Assembly: GCA_015680685.1 (NCBI GenBank) | Contig: MNCI01000627.1 | Coordinates: 205,669-269,668 of the forward strand | From: Gnetum montanum | Taxonomy: Eukaryota; Plantae; Gnetophyta | Direction of reading: 5' to 3' | Length of the DNA: 64,000 nt | Shown here: positions 54,816-64,000 of the stretch, in pieces | How the letters are laid out: every line of letters starts with the position of its first letter | How positions within the stretch are numbered: position 1 is the first letter of the stretch | Made by a program: the position numbers and the translations under genes | Notes under the pieces: model-generated | Told to the model about the DNA's origin: nothing | What the model saw: the letters and a program-made list of their open reading frames with translations, nothing else | The model's database searches: none

Positions 54816-55115
54816 GGCTGCTCTTTTATTTTCATTTTCATAGAGGATGGTTAATTGGAGATTATTAGGGTTGTCTCACCTGCTCTTTTATCGTGGACAA
54901 GAAGCGCCTTTTTACAATATTTTATTAAAAATTTATTTTAAACCAGAGCACTCGCTTTAGGTCGGATGGGAACAATGATGTTACCTTAGTGGTATGGGCC
55001 TGTAGTATTGAGTTCTAAACTTCTATAAATCTTTGGGTGTATCTATGTTTCAATTATTTTGGGAACAACTTTGTATTTAACAATTACGGTATTCCTTTAT
55101 ATCCACTATGCTACC

Positions 55116-55659
55116 TGTCACCGGGTGAGTCGCAGCGGAGTATTTTTCAGCTCACCAAGTGATAGCGCTAGGTGCTCCGACACCTAACCAGCTATTCCCA
55201 GCATTACCAGTATTCTCTCTCTCGTAACTGGCACTTCCTCCTGTTACCCCAACAGGAGGGTGGTCTGGCCTCGCACCAGATCGGTTGGCTCTCCCGCCAA
55301 CCGAGCACCGCACCAAGACCTCCTGTCTCGGTTGCCTACATACCTACTCGCAGCGTAGGATCAGGGCCATGTAGTTCTAAGTCTGCATCGGCCCGAACTC
55401 GCCATAGCAAGTGTGCATGCGATACGCCTGGACCTCTCCAGTCGTAACCGCTCGCATGCGTCGCACCCAATGGTAACAGATGCACACACACTCTTTGCAT
55501 GCGGGGCACCATCTGTTTAGGTAACGCACCTGCTACGCACTCGTTCCGCAAGTCATCTGAGGGGAACAGATGCCTTGCCACACACAAGGTGTGAACCATC
55601 ACAGGCTCGTGTACACCAGCACACGAGCGTTCGCATCGGGAGCTCAAAGGGTCGTGACA
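55116..55659. mobile_element. 544-bp GC-rich solo-LTR-like insertion, TSD CTACC
   Basis: TGTCAC...GTGACA termini; CTACC at 55111-55115 and 55660-55664. Confidence 0.9.
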
Positions 55660-56217
55660 CTACCCCTCATCGTAATGTTCTAAACAATGTGCCTAACAAA
55701 ATATTAGAAAAAAATAAGGACATGAAGAATACAATAAGGGGATTTTTCTTTAGAATAAGGGTATTACATGTGGTCTTAAGGAAAATAAAAGATTATTGCT
55801 TGTTGTCTAGGCTTAGCAAGCTTAGGTTTGGTTCTAGATCCAATGAATCTTAGTGGATGTAAGCAAAAATTTCAATTTTAAAATATAAATTTGAACTCCA
55901 AATACATTGTAAATAGTGAGGACTAAAGTGTAAACATTGAGCTTATTAAATTTGTGGGTGTCAAAACTTGAAATAGTTTGATTCTAAGTATACAGCAAGA
56001 TGTATAGCCAATGTAATAGTGTCGCCCTTGGAAAATACTCTTTTGTACCACTTGAGAGTCCAATAGTGGGAACAAGGAAGGGTAGACTAAAGGTGGACTA
56101 CCATCAATGGCTGCCATCCAACCAACATTAACATACGCATTTAGTTGATCATGATACTTTCTCAACATCTGGAAAGCCAAGTTCACACAGGACAAACTAA
56201 TACTACGAGTGCATAAA

Positions 56218-56230
56218 GGCTTTGATACAA
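56218..56230 (-). promoter_or_regulatory. Degenerate tRNA-Met(i) primer-binding site of the caulimovirid
   Basis: TTGTATCAAAGCC versus the consensus TGGTATCAGAGCC, ~240 nt downstream of TCTATATAAG (56480-56471). Confidence 0.65.
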
Positions 56231-57219
56231 ACACCCCCAAGAGGTACTGTGTATTACTTAGAAGGTTGCACCACTAACAATCAAGGTAGTGTGATGTGCA
56301 ATTCATAAAAACTTGTTCAGGCTAACTCAAATTAGACAAAACAAGGATCGTACTCACTTAAGAATACTTCACAATATAAAGATATTGTGGAAACGGAAGC
56401 TTGAAAGCAAGCTTCAGCAAATTCTATTGAAATTTCACTCACTCATGATTAAAAACTAAGATATTACATGCTTATATAGAAGAATGGAGCAGATAAGCTT
56501 AACTCAATATTGAGTAGATAAGCTCAGTGGACACCTCACCTACAATTATTGTATTTATAATGCTTTACAACTCACATACAATAATGATTACAATGCCTTC
56601 AAGATGGCATGATGCATGCTACACATTCTTGATTTAGACCTTTGGCAGCAATGGCACACATGGATTAACTTTGACATTTCTTCTAACATGATTGCTGGAG
56701 TCGTGGCAGCATCTTGAAAGTATAATGTGTTCTCAATGGTTGGCGGCCTTTCCACCTAGCATTTGTTTTGATAGATTGTCACCTCCTAGTACAAATTTAT
56801 GCATTGGAAAGTTTGGCACAGAGCAGTCTCCCATCCCTCCCATTCTAACAAAGTAGTGAAGTAATTGCGTGCCAATTGGTTTACAAAGAGTTAGCGTTGT
56901 GTCAATAGGATGTTGTCCAACACCTTTCCTTTTGTAGGTGTAGTAGCAACTTTACTTTGAGCCAAGTCCACTTTAAATTATTCACCAAGCAATCTATGCA
57001 ACCAGCCATGTTCACAAAAAAATCTATGTTGGGATACAGCCTGGAGATGTTGCTAGAGGATTCTTGAGGAAAGCAAACACTAATTTTTTGAGACCATTTG
57101 ACTCTACCTTCTAGAGAATCCAATGGCCAAAGTTTCCATTGATCAACTACTTCTATAGAGACCTTTGATGATGATGCACAAGCTAGTGATAGAGGCAAAG
57201 GTTGGAACATATAACTTTT

Positions 57220-59260
57220 GAGTTCCCTGGTAAGTGCATCTAGTAAGGAATTTACCTCTCCTCGAATGCGTTTTATGGAGAATTCGTAATATGATAGAAG
57301 AAACTACCACTAGGCAAACCTTTGTAATTTTGGCAATGTCGTGATTCTACTTTTCATGAGTAGTTAAGTTGGATGAATCCGTTCTCAAGATGAATGGTTC
57401 TTTGATCAAGTAAGCATGAAATTTCTCTACTCATTTTATTGCAGCTAGAATCTCCTTCTCTATTGGCTAGTAATTCAGTTCGTTTATAGCAAAACATCTA
57501 GGGGCATAAGCACAAACTCTTTTATCATCTCTGGATACTTCTGTCTTTAACAAAATTGCTCCCCAAGCATCATAGCTTGCATCAGTATTTAAAACAAATG
57601 GACCTTGGAAAACTAGCTCTAATGGAGGTAGCTTCTAACATTCTTACTTGAGCCTTTTAACTTGTTCAGTTGCTTCTTTCATCCATTTGAAGGGACTTGA
57701 ATTTTTGTACTTCCTAATTTGAGTTATTTTATCTAACATGTGAGCTATGTGTCTAGCCACATAATTAATGCAACCCAAAAACCTCATACATTACTCTTTT
57801 GACTTTAACTAATTTGGAAAATTAGAAATCCTCTGTAAGACACGTGGTTGCATATGAATCTTACCATTTCTTATTACTACTCCCAAGAATTCAATTTGTG
57901 GTTGCATATGAATCTTACCATTTCTTATTACTACTCCCAAGAATTCAATTTGTAAGACACGTGGTTGCATATGAATCTTACCATTTCTTATTACTACTCT
58001 CAAGAATTTGATTTTAGTTTGGCAGATCTGGAATTTCTTAGGATCTGCTAACAGCCCTATTCCATGTTTTAAACAAATATCTACAAACTCCTTTAGATGA
58101 CTATAGTGCTCTTCAACTATATCTGAATATATTAGAAAATCATCTATGTAGTTTGCCACAAAAGCTTTTAACTTGTCAAAGACACTATTCATCCTGCACT
58201 AAAATTGAGCTGGCACAATCTTCAATTCAAATGGCATGACCAACCATTCATACAAACCTCATGGGTTACTAAAAGTTGTTTTGTGAATATCTTCTTTAGC
58301 TATTTTTATTTGGTGATATCTTGACTTGCAGTCAAATTTGCTAAAAATCTTCTTTGATGCCACTCTTTGTATCAACTCTTCTTTGTTTGGCGATGGTCAT
58401 TTTATGTCCACGATTACAACATTCAATGGGATATGGTTTATAACCATCATGGCTTTTCCCCTTCTGATTTTTGCATGATTTTTGACTATAAAACAAGCAC
58501 ATGAATAGTTTGAAGTTGATGCTCTTACCAGTCCTTTCTTTACAAACTCGACGACTTGCTTCTCAACTTCAATTTCATCTACTCTCTTCATTGGGATTAT
58601 TTTGCTTTGCATCAAGATAGGATGAATTGTTGGGAAATAGGCAACATGGCTATCTTTGAACCAAAATTCCAATGGATGTTCACAACAACATCTTTTTAGC
58701 AATTCCTGCAATTCTTCAATAGCATTGATTCTCATGCTTTGACATTTTAGCATCTTTTGAACTTTTTGATACTTGGACATTTTTCCTTCTTGAATGACTT
58801 CAAGTTTTATTATCTGGGCTAAAGAAGGATTGTTGGTATAATACTTGGTTTTCTCAAACTATGATTTTCCCAATTCTGGTGGAATCCTTAGAATTGTGAG
58901 TTTTCTATCCCCAGCTGCCATAACAATTAGCTCTCTTCCAACAATGTATGGTGAGAAATGATCCATGAAGTTTGCTCCTAGGCTGATGTCAAATCCTCCA
59001 CCACTGATCTGGACGAAGTCTATTTCTCCTATCAAAGTGTCATTTAACTTGACCGAAATATCTAGAGCAAATTTGTTTAGGTGCCTCATTCCATTCATCA
59101 TATTTATCCTAAATGACATTGTAGATTCTACCTAGTTTTCCATTACTTTTTGATGAGCAAAATTTAAAATAGCACCAATATCTATAAAAGCTATAAATTT
59201 TCTCCACTTAACTTTTTCATCTACTACTATTTTGATTAAAATGAGTAGCAATGATACATC
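57220..59260 (-). pseudogene. Caulimovirid aspartic protease - reverse transcriptase - RNase H
   Basis: FIDIGA, DISLGANF, FIVKNHAKIRRGKAMMVIN (caulimovirid-diagnostic V.NH.E..RGK.RMVINY), FSKFDCKS, YEWLVMPF, YIDDFLIYS, TDAS, EKEILA, N.L.DALTRE; stops and frameshifts. Confidence 0.92.
57834..58010 (-). repeat. In-frame triplication inside the RT (54- and 63-nt units)
   Basis: I(E/K)FL(G/R)VVIRNGKIHMQP occurs three times. Confidence 0.95.
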
Positions 59261-59964
59261 AGAGATGGTCCTTTTGATCTGGTGCATAATCCCCTTGGGT
59301 AGGTTTTCTTTCTTTGTTCTTTCTCCTGGAGCATGATATTTGGGCTTGGACTTTTTCTCATATGGACTAACTATGAATTTTTTTGGTACCTTCGATGTTA
59401 CTGGGGAAATATCTGAGAATAATGAGCTATTAGTGTCATCCTTAGATAGTAGAGCTAGGTGCTTTGAGCAAAAGTTGGAAGTCTACTCATTTTTGTCATC
59501 TCCCCATATTCCACTTTTGCTAGGTCTTGGCTCACTTGTTTCCTGCATGGCAAATGGGTTAGTAAAACTATTGGTTGATGAGAATGCTTCATCTTCTTTA
59601 GCTTCTTTTAATGTCAATTCATCATATGTTTTTTCCATGAAGGCTTCTAATTTAGCTAGCTCCTCGAAGTTCCAGTCTTCACTTTGACCTTCCTCTTCAT
59701 CTCCATCAACTAAAATCCATCCTCCTTTTGCCATTTTAAAGGAAATTTCTCCTTCCTCCTTTGAACTTGATACTGATTTAGAATCATCTTCAAATAGAAG
59801 TCTATATATCTTTTTGCCATTCTGTAAATATTCTTCAAAGTGTTCTGCATCTTCAATTGGTTCCTATTCTTTCTCATATTCTTTAAAGATAGCTTTTATT
59901 TTTATTAACGAATCAATGACTGGGTACTTCTCAAACTAAGGAAGGACTCAAGGATTGAAAAGGC

Positions 59965-61764
59965 TGTGATTTCAAGGGAACTTGATACATTTGTGTTGGC
60001 TGTTCTCTTGGGTGCTTGAATGTTTTCTTCTTGAGTTTTCTTGCCGTTTCGACGTTACCCAATTATCGAAAGCTGAGTCAATAAAAATAAGAAGCCTTTG
60101 CATGGTGTGGTTCTCACGCATAAAAACACAAAACACAATAAGAAAAAAAAAGAGAAAAAAAAAACAAGAAAACAAAAAAAGAAAAAGAAAAAAAGAAGAA
60201 GAAGAAAAAGTGAGAATTCAAAGCACACCCCTTAGACGGAATAAACTTGGGCTACAAGCACTAGTTATGGAACTAAAAATGTTCCTTCTAACTAAGGCCC
60301 TTCTTGCTTCCCATTCTCTTCTTCGTTCAACGGAATGGTGGTGGCTCTAGGAGGAGGCATTCTTGTTATTCAAGTGGATGGTTTGGCCAAGTGCGTTGAT
60401 GCAAAGTCACTGGATGTGGTTAGTTTGAGGCCAGAATTGGAATGAGATTTACCAAGTCACATTAATCATGAAACACACAAGGGGCTCTACACCACCTTGT
60501 TCTTGGGATTCCATTCCATCCTCTTCTCTCCACCCTTCTCTCCATTGTTCGCCTCATTGCCGATTGTATCATTAGTGTATATTTTAGTTGATGCATTGTT
60601 TTCTTTTAGGTAAATTCTTATGGTTAAGACTTTAACTCTTGTTCCAAGGGACATTCCCAGAGCCTACAAACTCTTTGAATGTGGGTTTGTCAGGGCATTA
60701 AGGGCATGAGCCTGCTTTGGGGAGGACCCACTAACATTCCTTTTTGGTGCACCAGTTAAATTCTTTCCCTTAACATTTTTGCAATTAATTTTATTTTGTT
60801 CATTTCCATCTTGACATACATTTCATAGATGTCTTAGTTGTCTCTTTTTATCCATCTTCTTGTTCTTATTCTTTCTCCATTCTATCGCTACCGGAGGTTC
60901 ACGATTAGTCATGGGGGTACGGGGGCCCAATTTTTTCGATTTTCTCCTAACCCCTACACCTTCGATAGTCATCATTATTATAGCCCCAGATCTGCAATCA
61001 GCCATACCACAACTCAGCCAATGGACTTACACCGAAGCAAGGTATCAATTACATGATAATTCATTTACCCTTGCTAATCTAAGACTGTGTTGTGTGTGTA
61101 GATGACGATCATACAACAATGGACCAGATCTGGAGAAAAACACTTGGAATGGAGCGGTGTTGGAAGTAGCTATGCAGGAGCAAGATCGATGATGTGCTTA
61201 TGGATGGACAACGAAAGGCATAATCTTGGCGTTGGCAGCAGTAAAAATTCTTTCTCTCTCTCTTTCTCAGTTGCCAACTAAGGCCTGATGTCAATGTAAT
61301 AAGGTGTTCACCCTTGTTGTCATGAACACCAGTTTGTTGAGTCTTGTAATGATGATTCGTTCACATGTCATCCCATTAGATCCATTTGAGTCAATAATCC
61401 CATACCTACCTGATATTATTGTAAGGAACTCGAGGACAAGTTTTCATTTAGTCATGGGGGTATGATGGGACGTGATATTACATCCCCCGCGATATCGCGT
61501 CTTCCCCTGCGATATTGCGTATGCGATATGCGGTGCGCTGTCATATCTATAAATAAGAAGCAGCTCTCCCTTATTTCCTCATCCTAGGCTAGATAGTAGG
61601 GAAACTCTGGCAGATTGATCACTCCAAAGATAGAATATTTTCCATGTGCCCGCAGTAAGAGTCCCAAAGTGAACGGATCTTTATTCGAGCAAACATTGTA
61701 CGTGAACACAAGTTTGTGTACGGCAATAAAGACGAGCTTTCCGGATAAACCTTGCAGTGCATGG
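59965..61764 (+). mobile_element. 3' part of an Athila-like element: spacer, PPT (61450-61462) and truncated family-A-like LTR (61463-61764)
   Basis: Spacer blocks homologous to families B/C; LTR homologous to ~7162-7530 and then breaks off. Confidence 0.85.
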
Positions 61765-61924
61765 AATAGGATTTTATTATTGTTATTTATTATCTATTAT
61801 TTACCATTTTCCTTCTCAACCCTTCTCTCCTAGTTAAGTGCCTCGAGATTTGCAAGGTAACATCGTGTTACCCCCAGATCGATCAGTCCCAAACATGCTT
61901 CTTTGTGCTTTGGCATAGATAGGC

Positions 61925-64000
61925 ATGATAGAATTATATGTTGAATATGTTGCGGAAGACTTTGACATGAGGGATTATCATCCCACAGAAGCACAACGTA
62001 TCAGGGACTCACGGCAGGAGAGCCAACATACACTGTTGAAGGGCAAAGGGGTCTCGCACGTCCTTAGTGAAATCGGAGATGATGAACCCATTATAACGAG
62101 TTCTCTATCAAATGATGTTCCCCCTCCTAATGATGGTGAGGAGGTAGGGTATCAGAACTTACACTCAATGATACATAACACTGGTTCTGATTCCCATGAA
62201 TGCCAACTGTTCACAAAGGGAACAACAACTCATAATAAGGACAGGCACTTAGATCATCATCACGATCGGGGCCATAGTAGCCAAAGAGAAGGTAAGAAGC
62301 ATTGTCATGGTGATGGTTCCCCTTCTTCTTCTCCTTCATCTCCTCACTCATCCTCTCCTTCCACATTTGGGAGCAGCCATCATGAGCATAACGATGAGGA
62401 TAGAGGTAGGCAAAATGAGAGACCTCGACGAGAGAGTCAAGAGAGAGGACAAGGGCATGAACAAAGGGAAAGTAGGGAACAATGCAAACATCACAGGCAT
62501 CATGAAAGAGATGATCATGATGAGGCCCTACTTACCACCTGAAGTATGCTTGATATAATAGAGGCTGTGAGAATACCAAAAAGGCATCAAAAGGATAGTC
62601 GGATCAAGCATTTAGACATAAACAATATCCCACTCTTTGAAGGGGGATACAACGCAAATCCGCAACATCATTTACAGGCATTCCACAATGCCTATGCCTT
62701 GCAGAACATTGAGAACGAGTGGCAGAAACTTAAGTTGTTTCCCAGGACACTCATCAAGGAAGCAGAGAGTTGGTACTAGTCCTTAGAACTGGAAACCATC
62801 AAGAGGTGGAGTACGATGTTAGAACTCTTCAACGATAAGTATCAAATGTACTCCAGAGTGTCTAATTTGCGTAAGCAGATCCAAGGATGGAAGCAAGGTA
62901 ATCATGAACCATTGGATGCTACCATGGGCCGCTACTACACATTGTTACATTGTTGCCCAGGCCATGGATACGCTCAACAAGACCAACTACGCCACATCGT
63001 AGATGGGCTAAGGCATGAGACTAGAAGAACCCTTGGGACTTATGCCCAAGGGAGACTATCAGAACTTAGAGCCCATGAGGTACATCGCTTGTTGGAGCAA
63101 GTAGCCAAAGAAGAAGGTGAGCTATGAAAAACATAGAGTGTAGAAGAATACAACCGTGATCCCTCCCTTCGAAAGAAGGGAGTGAAATTTTGTGATGAGG
63201 AGGATGAGTCACCACTCGAAGAGTTGGTGAACAGAAAAACCTTGCCGATCTAAAAGCTAACAACAGAAGTATCAGCTAAGGTAGATCAATTGTGGGATTC
63301 CTTAGACTCCAGACTTGAAACTGTCTTGAAAATCATAGAGGAATCTAAGGAGGAACGAAGTAGTGACAAAGATAAGATAAAGCGGAGAAATTCGGGCCCT
63401 GCACATAACAAGGGTAAGGGAAAAATTACTATCTCCGATGAGGTTGTGGATTCAGACAGAGACAATGACGGTGGATGCCAATATGACCATCCTAAGGGAT
63501 GTTGTCCAATCATCTCACATCTACAGGAGTCTGGGGTGTATGCACTTAATCCAAGACTTAACCAACAGCAAACACCCCGAAGGTTACCTTATCCTCAAGG
63601 TAACCCAAGGCAGTTCCACCAACCATTAACGTACTATCCAAGTGGAACTCGACCACAACCCATCAGAAAACATCAGTAGTGGCAATACCCACAGTCATGG
63701 GGGATGCCATCGCTGACACAACAGTACCCTTACTAGCAACTCGATCCTTACGACTATTATGTGCAGTAGCCGATTTTTCCAAGTGACTCTATGGGTCACA
63801 CAACTCCCCAATGTTACTACCAAGTTCAGGAGTACTTTAGGAGAACTCCTTCTCCTTCGGGAGACATTCCACATTCATCCCATCCTCCAACTCCATCCAC
63901 ACCTCTTCCACATGTAGTTCCCATACAACCTGCTCCAACAATGCAAGGGGAACTCCCCACTTAACCGCAACAACGTAACGCTGCAAGAGCTGTAAACATT
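61925..64000 (+). pseudogene. Athila-like gag (retrotransposon gag domain), interrupted
   Basis: IPLFEG...NPQHHLQAF...KLKLFPRTL..EAESWY...FNDKY...QG.HEPL...RYYTLLHCCPGHG...IVDGL; stops between the ORF pieces. Confidence 0.88.

Larger units (their letters stand above)
56000..59935 (-). mobile_element. Endogenous caulimovirid (plant pararetrovirus) fragment
   Basis: Acidic capsid-tail-like region, then protease, RT and RNaseH with no integrase, then an unknown ORF remnant, TATA and tRNA-Met PBS. Outer limits approximate. Confidence 0.88.

Noticed and set aside
55100-55115. Ty3-like targeting of the 55116 insertion to a Pol III A box (GGTAGCATAGTGG, minus strand)
   Set aside because: No B box at the proper distance; a single site cannot show targeting.
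55116-55659. Hammerhead retrozyme
   Set aside because: No CUGANGA plus GAAA core in the right arrangement on either strand, and no internal direct repeats.

Overview
Eukaryotic land-plant genomic DNA: repeat-rich, with N gaps; possibly a gymnosperm or fern, though the taxon cannot be established from the sequence. There are two intact host genes. An EXO70 exocyst subunit (B-like clade) has a single-exon CDS at 15010-16923 (+). A FLX-like coiled-coil gene has 4 coding exons at 53953-52555 (-). Most of the rest is mobile DNA: a decayed L1, two RTE tails, tRNA-derived SINE heads, three solo LTRs with TSDs, a nested stack of pol-less Athila-like Ty3/gypsy elements (one complete, with TSD, LTR pair, tRNA-Asp PBS and PPT), and an endogenous caulimovirid (protease-RT-RNaseH, 35S-like TATA, tRNA-Met PBS). 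The most striking unexplained signal is a modular RNA structure in the U5 part of the Athila-like LTRs. It consists of tandem asymmetric internal loops ACGA / G(U/A)A(U)CGG(C/A)U held by freely covarying stems. It is arrayed four times in one LTR (7564-7989) and conserved in two other LTR families. A second covarying three-way junction is conserved in the gag-ORF2 spacer of four elements. All structure calls are by-eye base pairing, not computed folds.
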